Shown here: one piece after another, positions 52,385 to 60,950 of the stretch
How the letters are laid out: every line of letters starts with the position of its first letter
How positions within the stretch are numbered: the stretch's first letter is position 1
NCBI GenBank assembly: GCA_964357975.1
Contig: CAYHNG010000007.1
Location: 1 to 61,281 of the forward strand
Origin: an uncultured Pseudomonadales bacterium
GTDB taxonomy: Bacteria; Patescibacteriota; Microgenomatia; UBA1400; MFAQ01
DNA: 61,281 nt
Reading direction: 5' to 3'
The notes under the pieces: generated by a model
What the model saw: only the letters and a program-made list of their open reading frames with translations
Database searches by the model: none
Told to the model about the DNA's origin: nothing
Position numbers and translations under genes: made by a program

Positions 52385-52944
52385 AAGTGGATTATAGAGG
52401 ATAGTTCGATAATAAAAGGGGTAAGCGCTAAAGTGCTGACCATATCAAGGAAATAGTGTTGTTTGGTGGTCAAGGTGGAGAAACTGATGGCCATGAGAAG
52501 AAAGTAGAAAATGGTCCAGAATTGTGGATAGAGTTGAGCTAAATAGAAACAAGAAACAAAGGAATGAAGCACATGTCCGCTGGGCAAGCCGTTACAATCA
52601 CGATCATGGCTGTATATCAAATTCAATAGCTGAAGATTACGACTTGATTGCGGTTTAATCTCCGGACGGCAAACACCGTTGGGCAAGACTTTCCAAACGA
52701 GGGTAGCAATAGCCGTTCCAGCAATTTGAGTGATTAAAAAGGGGATAGCAAAGCGTGAGTTCCAGATAAACAAAATTGAGGCAGGGACCAACAGATAATA
52801 AGAAATATAGATCCAGACTGTCCAGGGAATCAAGGAGATATGATCGTCTATTGGTAGATTTAACCTATATTTTGGTTTTTGTCGATTGAGGGGAAGATAT
52901 AATAAGATGGTTAACGCCAGTATGAGCAGAAGAAATGCTTTCAC
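52381..52944 (-). CDS. PAP2-superfamily phosphatase/phosphotransferase
   Basis: Contains the LPSGHVLHS and QHYFLDM motifs with six TM segments. GTG start with TATAAT 7 nt upstream. Overlaps the GT2 gene by 4 nt. Confidence 0.65.
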   Translation of the reverse strand: MKAFLLLILALTILLYLPLNRQKPKYRLNLPIDDHISLIPWTVWIYISYYLLVPASILFIWNSRFAIPFLITQIAGTAIATLVWKVLPNGVCRPEIKPQSSRNLQLLNLIYSHDRDCNGLPSGHVLHSFVSCFYLAQLYPQFWTIFYFLLMAISFSTLTTKQHYFLDMVSTLALTPFIIELSSIIHL

Positions 52945-52977
52945 AAAAAGGATTATAAGGGATAAAATGAAACATAA

Positions 52978-53508
52978 ATGAAACTAATTGTTGGGCTGGG
53001 TAATCCGGGGAACGAGTATCTAAATACACGACATAATGCCGGTTTCGTGTTTGTGGATCAGATGGCGGGAGGAGTCCGATTCTTGTCGGAAAATAAGTTT
53101 GAGTCTTTAGTTTGTAGGGATAAGGATGTTCTTTTTGTAAAACCACAAACGTTTATGAACGAGTCCGGTAGAGCGGTAAGGAAAGTGATGGATTATTACA
53201 AGCTTTCCGTAAGTGATTTGATATTGGTTCATGACGATTTGGATTTGAAACTGGGTGAGTACAAAATACAAACCGGAGTAGGTCCTAAGGTGCATAATGG
53301 GGTGAGCTCGGTAGAAACGAGTTTGCCGGACAAGAACTTTTTGAGAGTGAGGCTAGGTGTAGACAATCGTGGTGAATTGGGTAGAGCTGTATCCGGATCA
53401 GATTACGTGCTGGGAAAATTTGGTAAAGAAGAGGTTGAAGAGTTGGAAGAAACTATCGAAGAGGCAGCGGACGAACTATTGGTAGCTTTGGGCTTGAATG
53501 GAGAATAG
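52978..53508 (+). CDS. pth: peptidyl-tRNA hydrolase
   Basis: Contains MKLIVGLGNPGNEYLNTRHNAGF and VHDDLDL. Confidence 0.95.
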   Translation: MKLIVGLGNPGNEYLNTRHNAGFVFVDQMAGGVRFLSENKFESLVCRDKDVLFVKPQTFMNESGRAVRKVMDYYKLSVSDLILVHDDLDLKLGEYKIQTGVGPKVHNGVSSVETSLPDKNFLRVRLGVDNRGELGRAVSGSDYVLGKFGKEEVEELEETIEEAADELLVALGLNGE

Positions 53509-55290
53509 TTCTTTATAGCGCCCAGCCTTACTCATCAGCTCTTCGTGACTACCGTATTCAACTGCTTGGCCTTTTTCCAATACCAAGATTTTGTCGGCTT
53601 TTCTGACGGTACTGAAACGGTGAGACACTAGAAAAACAATTTTGTCTTGGGCAACTCTCAAGACATCGGCAAATATTTGTTCTTCCGACTCCGGATCTAC
53701 GTTTGAAGTGGGTTCATCTAGGATAAGAATCTCTGCATTTCGATACAGGATCCGAGACAGAGCTACTCTTTGCCACAACCCTTTTGATGGCTCCACGCCA
53801 CCGGAGAATTCTTTATCAAGAGGATTTTTAAAGCCCAAAGGTAGAGATTTTACAAAGTCGATGATGCCGGTAAGCTTGGCGGCTTTCTTTATAGCGATCT
53901 TGGTTTTCTTTTTGTCGATATCTCCGAAGTGAATATTATCTTCGACTGAGAAGGGGTACTGGGCGAAGTCTTGGAAAAGAGCCGAGAGTTGATGACGATA
54001 ATCCTTCAATTGGTATTTTTGGATGTTAACACCGTTCAACAGAATCTCGCCTTTTTGAGGTTCGTAAAAACGACAGATCAACTTAATCAGGGTAGTTTTA
54101 CCGGCACCGTTTTCTCCGACAATGGCAATATTGTCTTTGGGATTTACCTTAAAAGACACTCCCCGAAGAATCCAGTCAGAAGAGTGGCCGTACCTAAACC
54201 AAACATCACGAAATTCAATACCATCGGCTAAGGAATCAGGAAGAGAGAGGCCACCAGTTTGATCCTCCTCCGGAAGAGCCATAAACTTTTGGTAATCCGT
54301 AATAAAAAGATAGTTTTGGAAAACGTCGTTGGCTTGTCTGATGAGGCGCCGAATGTTTCCAATGAACCGTTCAATAGACGTACTGGTGATCTGAGCTGTT
54401 CCGAGAGTAAGAAGCTGAATGATGGCTAGATAGTAGAGATATAGTCTGGTACCGGTTTGGAAAATGGCCATTGGTATCTCGGCATACTGTCTTTTTTTGG
54501 CATATTTGGTGCTGATAACACGGCGTCTGTTAAAGTTTTCATTGGCCATTTTAACCCGCCGATTGAGAAGGACCTCAACGTGACCGAGAATTTTGTTTTC
54601 GTACAAATATCGACCTTTGATGGCGAAGTCTTCGAGGGCGCTCCAAACTCTCCACTTGGGTGAAAATTCAGTGCTTAGGGCATGCCACTCCTTGGACGCG
54701 TTGACACCGATCATAATATTCGGAAGAGCTAAGATGATACAAGGAATTATGATGAGGGGCTGAAAAGAGAAGATGGGAATGGCAGTAGCGATAATGGTAA
54801 AAATTATCTCCGGAAAAGTAGAGATGGGTATGATAAGAGACCAAACGGAGCGTCCCGTATTGTCCATAACTTTTTGTTGGAGATTTCTGGTTTCGGGAGA
54901 TTCAGCGGTAGAAACTGCCAACAGATTGATTTTTCTGGACAGAGTAACCTGGATCTTTTCCGATAAAACATGGGAAATATAGTCACTATAGATGCCATCT
55001 ATTTCACTGAGAATTTGTTGTATCCGGTCTATGACCAGTCCAACACCAGCGGCAATTATCATAACCCTGAGACCGTTGGAGACATCGTGGGTGGTGATTG
55101 AGGAGATGACCGAGTCGATAAGGGCTTTGCTGACCAGGAGAGAAGGGTAAACCAACGCCCCATTGAGAGCATTGGCCAGAGTGACTTTGATAAGAACTAT
55201 TTTGTTCATATCCCAGACAATTTTTACCGTAGAAAAGTAGGTGATGAAGAATTCTCTAAGATTTTCGGCGGTTTTGGAAAGTTTGGACAT
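53476..55290 (-). CDS. ABC exporter, fused permease/ATPase (MsbA-like)
   Basis: Six-TM domain, Walker A GENGAGKTT, and Walker B ILILDEPTS. The signature region reads FSGGVEPSKGLWQRVALSR, which is about 6 aa longer than the usual LSGGQxQR. Confidence 0.85.
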   Translation of the reverse strand: MSKLSKTAENLREFFITYFSTVKIVWDMNKIVLIKVTLANALNGALVYPSLLVSKALIDSVISSITTHDVSNGLRVMIIAAGVGLVIDRIQQILSEIDGIYSDYISHVLSEKIQVTLSRKINLLAVSTAESPETRNLQQKVMDNTGRSVWSLIIPISTFPEIIFTIIATAIPIFSFQPLIIIPCIILALPNIMIGVNASKEWHALSTEFSPKWRVWSALEDFAIKGRYLYENKILGHVEVLLNRRVKMANENFNRRRVISTKYAKKRQYAEIPMAIFQTGTRLYLYYLAIIQLLTLGTAQITSTSIERFIGNIRRLIRQANDVFQNYLFITDYQKFMALPEEDQTGGLSLPDSLADGIEFRDVWFRYGHSSDWILRGVSFKVNPKDNIAIVGENGAGKTTLIKLICRFYEPQKGEILLNGVNIQKYQLKDYRHQLSALFQDFAQYPFSVEDNIHFGDIDKKKTKIAIKKAAKLTGIIDFVKSLPLGFKNPLDKEFSGGVEPSKGLWQRVALSRILYRNAEILILDEPTSNVDPESEEQIFADVLRVAQDKIVFLVSHRFSTVRKADKILVLEKGQAVEYGSHEELMSKAGRYKELFSIQAQSYQ

Positions 55291-55313
55291 AAACGTGGAT
55301 AATTATTATTATA

Positions 55314-55610
55314 ATGGGATTACCGATGAATAAACCAGGCTTTAGTTCGATGACGAAAATTCTCGATAAATACGAACTGGACGAGACGAAGCAAAAAAGG
55401 ATAAGCCGGGAGTGGCAGGACTATGCATATCGCCTAGCGGTCGCGCTTGACGATACAAAACATACTGCAATTTATATGAGAATAGTAAAAAGTATGCCAC
55501 GAGAACTTATCGAAAAGGCCAAGAGCTTTGTGATGGATGCCGGTGCCAGAAGTAAGGGAAAAATGTTTATGTGGAAGCTTAAACAGCTTAAGGATGAAGC
55601 GGGGCAATGA
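55314..55610 (+). CDS. hypothetical protein
   Basis: 98-aa basic, helical ORF. The start could instead be ATG 55326, because TATAAT (55310-15) overlaps the first ATG. Confidence 0.4.
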   Translation: MGLPMNKPGFSSMTKILDKYELDETKQKRISREWQDYAYRLAVALDDTKHTAIYMRIVKSMPRELIEKAKSFVMDAGARSKGKMFMWKLKQLKDEAGQ

Positions 55611-55630
55611 CAATGAGATAAGATGGTTGG

Positions 55631-56881
55631 GTGAATAGGAAATTTAATGTTGGATTATTTTTGGGGGGAGTTTGGGGAAGAGCTATTGTACTGTCAACTA
55701 TGTTGTTTTTTGTTTATTTGGGAGACGGGATCTTGAGTGATTGGGTGCCTTCTTTTATACAAGGCTCGGTAAACAGCTCATTGGTAATGGGACTGATAAT
55801 TTCGTTTTCATCGTTGGTCGGTTTTGGTGCCGACTTAATATTTCCTCAACTATTAAAGGGTATAAAAACAAGGAAAATATTACTCATGGCGATTGGGTCC
55901 AGCTTGGTATTTTGCGGAGTTCTTTTATGGAGCATTGCCTGGCCCTGGTTAGTTTTATTATTGATAGCGATGGGAATTTGGGGGATATATTATGAATTCT
56001 TAGGTTTTGGGGGACAGGCATTTGTGTCGGAATCCATACCGACGGCTTCCAGGTCCGGAGTTTGGGCGATAATGGGGGCTTTCAAAAGTCTTGCCTATTT
56101 TATTGGTCCGGTGATTGGTAGTTACCTGGCAATTAGTAAAGGTGATTATTGGGTAGTGGCAGTGGCGACGGTGTGTGTTGTTTTGGGGTATTTCTTTTGG
56201 ATGATTATGGGAAGGAACAAAAAAGAGGTGACCATAGAGACACCGTTCGAAAGAGTTAGCATTCTAAAGGAAATAAAATACTGGTGGACTTTGATAGAAC
56301 ACGTTTGGCCGGTGTTAGTAATTAGTCTGACGATGGGGGTAGTGGATGCCACCTACTGGACAACCGGAACGGTTTTTTCCGACAACTTGGCAAAACAAAC
56401 TTGGTGGGGTGGGCTATTCTTGCCTTTTTATACTTTACCAATGGTGTTTGTCGGCGTAGTAATTGCCAGATGGGGGGTGTATAGGGGAAAGAAGAAGTTA
56501 GCTGAAATTTTTATGTTAATTTCCGGTGTTCTGTTGGCCTTAGTTGGATTGAGCGACAGCGTGGCCGTGGTGTTAATTATCTCTTTGTTAGTGGGAACAA
56601 TGTTGTCATTTTCGTGGCCTCTAACAGATGCGGTATATTCGGATATTGTTAGCCGGATGGGAAGCGAGGGCAAACACATGGTGGGTTTGTCCGGATCAAC
56701 CATTAGTGTGGCATATATTATTGGTCCGGTGTTAGCAGGGTTGATTTCCCAGTTCGTGGGTGAAAAAAATACCTTTGTGGCTATGGGTGTGGTCATGGTA
56801 CTGGTTGCTTGCGTGTTGTTAGCTGTAACCCCTAAGAAGCTTAGATTACCCCAGTCAGAGATAAGGTCATGGGACGATTAA
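55631..56881 (+). CDS. MFS transporter
   Basis: 416 aa with 12 predicted TM segments. GTG start with TAAGAT ending 6 nt upstream. Confidence 0.7.
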   Translation: MNRKFNVGLFLGGVWGRAIVLSTMLFFVYLGDGILSDWVPSFIQGSVNSSLVMGLIISFSSLVGFGADLIFPQLLKGIKTRKILLMAIGSSLVFCGVLLWSIAWPWLVLLLIAMGIWGIYYEFLGFGGQAFVSESIPTASRSGVWAIMGAFKSLAYFIGPVIGSYLAISKGDYWVVAVATVCVVLGYFFWMIMGRNKKEVTIETPFERVSILKEIKYWWTLIEHVWPVLVISLTMGVVDATYWTTGTVFSDNLAKQTWWGGLFLPFYTLPMVFVGVVIARWGVYRGKKKLAEIFMLISGVLLALVGLSDSVAVVLIISLLVGTMLSFSWPLTDAVYSDIVSRMGSEGKHMVGLSGSTISVAYIIGPVLAGLISQFVGEKNTFVAMGVVMVLVACVLLAVTPKKLRLPQSEIRSWDD

Positions 56882-56901
56882 TGTTAGAATGAGATCAAGG
56901 T

Positions 56902-57456
56902 ATGATTAAAAACAAGGTAGCAATCCATGAATTTGTCTTGTTTGGCGTTTTTGTTTTCTTAATATTGGTTAAAATAGTCACCGGAAATTTTGTTTTTGGT
57001 CTAGATTTGCTGTGGTGGCTTTTGGGTGGGGTGATTGGTTTTCTATTTGTCTTTAGCGATCGATTTGTATACAGCTTTCTCATGAAGCCTGATGAGGCGT
57101 TGGGGACAAGACTAAAGGATTTGTTTGGTAGAAATAAGTTTGTGGAAGGAATGATTACCTTGTTAAACGAAAGGCATGAGCAAAAAGAATTGGTGATGAG
57201 AAGCTTCTTGTTCTTAGTGGTCTGGTTGGTTTTGGCTTTGTTGACTGTGACCAGTGTGTCGAGCGCCTTTGCGAGAGGGTTTATGCTGGGTATTGGAATT
57301 CATTTGGTTTTCGACTTAATTTATGACTATTTTTGGAATCATGCCCGATTTGATCTTTGGTTTTGGCAGATAAAAAGAGAGGTGAGTTCAGAAGAAAAAA
57401 GATGGTTCGTAATACTAGTGCCGGTGATTTTTGGATTGTTGGCGCTGAACTTTTAA
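56902..57456 (+). CDS. hypothetical polytopic membrane protein
   Basis: 184 aa with about 5 TM segments and no recognisable motif. Confidence 0.45.
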   Translation: MIKNKVAIHEFVLFGVFVFLILVKIVTGNFVFGLDLLWWLLGGVIGFLFVFSDRFVYSFLMKPDEALGTRLKDLFGRNKFVEGMITLLNERHEQKELVMRSFLFLVVWLVLALLTVTSVSSAFARGFMLGIGIHLVFDLIYDYFWNHARFDLWFWQIKREVSSEEKRWFVILVPVIFGLLALNF

Positions 57457-57464
57457 GATGATGA

Positions 57465-57494
57465 TTGACAGGTGTATACCACAGGGGGTATATT
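57465..57494 (+). promoter_or_regulatory. promoter plus palindromic operator of the CsoR-family gene
   Basis: TTGACA (57465-70), an 18-nt spacer, and TATATT (57489-94). The inverted repeat TATACC-N6-GGTATA (57475-57492) fills the spacer and overlaps the first four bases of the -10. The -10 ends 6 nt before ATG 57501. Confidence 0.6.
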
Positions 57495-57500
57495 GATAGA

Positions 57501-57728
57501 ATGACAATAGAAGAAAAAAAGAAATTGCAGGTAGCCCTGAAAAGAATTCAGGGTCAGGTGGGGGGAATTGAGAAAATGATATCAGAGGATAAACAGTGCG
57601 AGGCGGTGGTAACTCAAGTGGTAGCCTCGATGAGCTCTCTAAAAAGCGTAGCCAAAGCTTTGTTGGCTGACGCTATGGATAGTTGTAACAAAGAAGAATA
57701 TGCTAAGTTATTAAAGAGATTTCTTTAA
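57501..57728 (+). CDS. CsoR/RcnR/CstR-family metal- or thiol-sensing repressor
   Basis: LKRIQGQVGGIEKMISEDKQCEAVVTQV...LLADAMDSC matches the DUF156 fold. The ORF opens at TTG 57465, which is itself the -35 hexamer, so ATG 57501 is preferred. Confidence 0.8.
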   Translation: MTIEEKKKLQVALKRIQGQVGGIEKMISEDKQCEAVVTQVVASMSSLKSVAKALLADAMDSCNKEEYAKLLKRFL

Positions 57729-57751
57729 TCATTAATTAATATAAACAAACA

Positions 57752-58075
57752 ATGTCTGTAGCAAAATTTACCGACCAAAACTTTAACGATGAGGTTCTTA
57801 AGTCTGAGACCCCCGTATTAGTAGACTTTTATGCCGATTGGTGTGGGCCATGTCGCTTGGTATCTCCTATTGTGGATGAGCTAGCAAACACTTATGAAGG
57901 TAAAATTAAAGTGGGAAAGGTGGACGTGGATGCCAACTCCAAAGTAGCGGGGGACTATGGTGTCATGAGTATTCCAACAGTAATTCTTTATCAAAAGGGC
58001 AAAGAGGTAACGAGACAAGTAGGTTTTGGAGGCAAGGATGCCTATATCCAAATGATTGAGAAGATTATTAAGTAA
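57752..58075 (+). CDS. trxA: thioredoxin
   Basis: WCGPC active site, 107 aa. Confidence 0.95.
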   Translation: MSVAKFTDQNFNDEVLKSETPVLVDFYADWCGPCRLVSPIVDELANTYEGKIKVGKVDVDANSKVAGDYGVMSIPTVILYQKGKEVTRQVGFGGKDAYIQMIEKIIK

Positions 58076-58084
58076 ATTGAAATT

Positions 58085-58222
58085 TTTCTAATTTTCGGCG
58101 TTTCGAAGTGCGCAAAATGACGTGCTCGACCTCCGTCCCTCGAGTACGAGTGCGGATCCGCTCCGCGCGACATTTTGCTTGCCCTTCTGCAGCGCCTAAT
58201 AAAATTCGAAAAACCGAAATAT
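58085..58222. repeat. about 140-nt imperfect palindromic element between trxA and trxB
   Basis: Three arm pairs can be read:
- ATTTTCGGCGTTTCGAA (58091-) pairs with TTCGAAAAACCGAAAT (58205-).
- GCAAAATG pairs with CATTTTGC.
- The central arms are CTCGA-N10-TCGAG.
It also contains the TTCGAAGTGC motif. Confidence 0.65.
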
Positions 58223-58237
58223 AGTTTTTGTAAAATA

Positions 58238-59209
58238 ATGGTGGAAGAAAAAAAGTGGGATGTGATTATTATTGGAGGTGGGCCAAGCGGCTATACAGCT
58301 GCCTTGTATTTGTCGCGGGCAACATTATCTGTTTTGGTGCTTGCCGGAGTGAGGGCGGGGGGACAGCTCATGAATACGACTGAAGTGGAAAATTTTCCGG
58401 GATTTAAGGACGGGGTTATGGGGCCAGACCTGATGATGAATATGGAAGCTCAAGCAAAAAAGTTCGGGGCTGAAGTGCGGTATGAGGATGTCGCAAAAGT
58501 AGAGCTGGTTGGTGAAACAAAAAAGGTTTGGGTGGGAGATAAAAAAATTGAGGCGAAAGCAGTGATTATCTCGACAGGGGCATCTTCTAAAATGCTTGGA
58601 TTGGGTGAGGAAAAGTGGATGGGGAAAGGGGTAAGCACTTGTGCTGTCTGTGATGCGGCCTTCTTTAAAGAAAAAATTACCACTGTGGTAGGTGGAGGGG
58701 ACGCGGCTATGGAAGATGCTTTGGCTCTGGCAAAATATGCGAGCGAAGTATATTTGATTCACCGAAGAGATTCTTTTAAAGCCAGCAAGATAATGCAAGA
58801 GAGGGTGACAACAAATCCGAAAATAAAAATAATTTGGAAAAGTGAGGTGGTAGAAGTTAAGGGATCGGAAAAACTGGAAGGAATAAAAATTAAGAATGTG
58901 GAGACCGGATTGACAACCGATATGGTAGTTGATGGATTGTTTTTAGCTATTGGGCATTTCCCCGCAACCGAACTGTTTAATAGTCAAGTGGATCTGGACG
59001 AAAAAGGTTTCTTGAAAACGGGAATAACAAATGGGAATGCTAATGTTTGGCTTGAAGGGTACCCCACCATGACTTCTGTAGATGGAGTTTTTGGCTGTGG
59101 TGATGTGGTGGACTTCAGGTATAAGCAGGCAATCACCGCGGCGGGTATGGGATGTCAGGCGGCACTAGACGCAGAAAAATATTTAACGGGAAAGGTCTCT
59201 AGCTATTAA
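58238..59209 (+). CDS. trxB: thioredoxin-disulfide reductase
   Basis: Contains GGGPSG, the redox-active CAVCD, and GGGDAAMEDA. The ORF opens at 58175 inside a palindromic repeat, and the conserved N-terminus starts at MVEEKKWDVIIIGGG. Confidence 0.9.
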   Translation: MVEEKKWDVIIIGGGPSGYTAALYLSRATLSVLVLAGVRAGGQLMNTTEVENFPGFKDGVMGPDLMMNMEAQAKKFGAEVRYEDVAKVELVGETKKVWVGDKKIEAKAVIISTGASSKMLGLGEEKWMGKGVSTCAVCDAAFFKEKITTVVGGGDAAMEDALALAKYASEVYLIHRRDSFKASKIMQERVTTNPKIKIIWKSEVVEVKGSEKLEGIKIKNVETGLTTDMVVDGLFLAIGHFPATELFNSQVDLDEKGFLKTGITNGNANVWLEGYPTMTSVDGVFGCGDVVDFRYKQAITAAGMGCQAALDAEKYLTGKVSSY

Positions 59210-59211
59210 GC

Positions 59212-59814
59212 ATGACCGATGTGTTACTAACGGATGATGATCTGAAAAACAGGGTAAGTAAGTTGATGATTGAGTTCATGAATAATGTAGATGACGGGTC
59301 GGATAACGGTGAGTTGCAAGACGTAGTAAACAGTAAGGATGAAATAGTGGGGACTCTACCGAGAGGGGTTATTTGGGATAATAACTTACAAGCAAACACC
59401 CGTGTTGTAAACATATTTGTCGTCAATAGTAGCAAGAAGATATTGCTTCCTGTCAGATCCTTGAAGAAAAGATATCTGCCAGGAGGTTTTGATTTTTCTT
59501 GTGGTGAGAATTTAAAGGCGGGAGAGGAGTATGAACAAGCTGCAATCAGAGGGCTGAGAGAGGAGCTGGGGTTAACTGGTTTGATTGTGGGTTTGGTTGG
59601 TTCTTTTAAACCAAGTCTCGACAATGGTTTCTTTTGTTTTGGTAAGGTTTATAAAACTGAAGTGGGTGCTGGGGAGGTAGTAAAGATTAATCATGACGAA
59701 GTAGCTGAGATTCGATGGGTTAGCCAACAAGAAGTTAAAAAGATGCTGATTGATCAGAAAGAAAAATTCAAAAGAGACTACAAATCAATTTTTGAATTGG
59801 CTTTTAATTCTTAG
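59212..59814 (+). CDS. NUDIX hydrolase
   Basis: Nudix box GENLKAGEEYEQAAIRGLREELGL. Confidence 0.75.
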   Translation: MTDVLLTDDDLKNRVSKLMIEFMNNVDDGSDNGELQDVVNSKDEIVGTLPRGVIWDNNLQANTRVVNIFVVNSSKKILLPVRSLKKRYLPGGFDFSCGENLKAGEEYEQAAIRGLREELGLTGLIVGLVGSFKPSLDNGFFCFGKVYKTEVGAGEVVKINHDEVAEIRWVSQQEVKKMLIDQKEKFKRDYKSIFELAFNS

Positions 59815-60852
59815 GATTCTAGCAACCGATTGATCTAGTTTTGTTTTATCGAGAGCTCCGCTGTTGTAGGCGGTGGTTATTTTTTGAAAAAGGGGCTGAG
59901 GGTCGATTCCCTGTAAAAGAATCATATCTTCGCCGGCACGGAGACTTTCGATGGCGGCTTGGTCTTGAGGAATACCGACACCAGACATGGAAAGAGAGTC
60001 GGTCAGAAAGATTAGGTCGTTTCCGCTAGGAAGGGCAGATCTCAGTTTATCTAAAACGATATAACTGATACTGGCCGGCTTTTTATCCAGCTCCGGGATG
60101 ACGATATGCCCAATCATAACAATTCTGGCGCCATTGTTGATAGTGTCAATAAAGGGAATCAAGTCAAAATTTTTTATTTCTTCCCAACTGTAGTTAAGAG
60201 ACCCAGTTTTCTTGTGAGTATCGGAGTCGACTCGTCCGTGACCGGGAAGATGTTTTATGACTCCGACTATGCCTTGCATCTGTAGAGCCTTAAGGTATTC
60301 GGAGGCTTTGACGCCATCAATGGTAGGGTCATCGGAGAAGGACCGATTCTCGATCACAGGATTGTTTTTGGTGATGTCGGCTACAGGAGCAAGGTCTACG
60401 TTGAAACCTAAATCTTTAAGAGTTCTCCCGTGTTGCTCACCCCAGTAGGACACCGTATTCTCCTCTGCCATCTTTCGCGGTGAAGGAGAATCGTCTTTAA
60501 TCCTGGCGACTTTGCCGCCTTCTTGATCCACCATAATCCACGAAAGCGGGTCTTGTTTGTGAATTGATTGGTTGTTGCTAAAAATATCATTTTCGGTTAG
60601 GCCTTCGGTGTTGCTTTTTGAGTAGATGATATTGCCGCAACTCTCTAAGACCTTGAGTGCTTTTTTGAGTGTTTTTCCGTCGTAACTACAGACAAAGGTT
60701 TGACGAATCTTTTCCTCCAAAGTCATCCCGGATATTTGCTCAGTGATTGGATCAATGGCGGGCAGGCTACTGGTGGAGATAAAAGAGGGCAGTTTTCCGC
60801 CAAAAAACAGATTGGCAATGAGGGTAATAATTATTACCATCGGTTTGGGCAT
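59785..60852 (-). CDS. nagZ: GH3 beta-N-acetylhexosaminidase (NagZ-like), membrane/secreted
   Basis: Contains MVDQEGGKVARI, KHLPGHG, and a D-H dyad region. The start at MPKPMVIIITL (signal/TM) is supported by TATAGT (60860-65, minus) 7 nt upstream. The ORF opens at 60993. Confidence 0.75.
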   Translation of the reverse strand: MPKPMVIIITLIANLFFGGKLPSFISTSSLPAIDPITEQISGMTLEEKIRQTFVCSYDGKTLKKALKVLESCGNIIYSKSNTEGLTENDIFSNNQSIHKQDPLSWIMVDQEGGKVARIKDDSPSPRKMAEENTVSYWGEQHGRTLKDLGFNVDLAPVADITKNNPVIENRSFSDDPTIDGVKASEYLKALQMQGIVGVIKHLPGHGRVDSDTHKKTGSLNYSWEEIKNFDLIPFIDTINNGARIVMIGHIVIPELDKKPASISYIVLDKLRSALPSGNDLIFLTDSLSMSGVGIPQDQAAIESLRAGEDMILLQGIDPQPLFQKITTAYNSGALDKTKLDQSVARILRIKSQFKN

Positions 60853-60950
60853 GAATTTAACTATACTAGAAAGGGTTGCCAGAGTGCCATTGCACGATTG
60901 ACTTATAGTGTTATAATTAGGTATTCTGAACATGAAAAATGGAGGTGTAT

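Noticed and set aside
53476-53508. The 33-nt convergent overlap of pth and the ABC exporter (and similar overlaps at 321-350, 19100-19107, 45583-45596 and 59785-59814) as possible frameshift or antisense regulation
   Set aside because: Both partners keep full-length conserved C-termini. Short convergent overlaps fit the generally compressed gene spacing of this genome.
55291-55299. DnaA box-like TTATCCACG (minus strand), and recF as a hint of a replication origin
   Set aside because: It is a single 8/9 match with no cluster of boxes and no AT-rich unwinding element. dnaA, dnaN and gyrB are absent from the neighbourhood.
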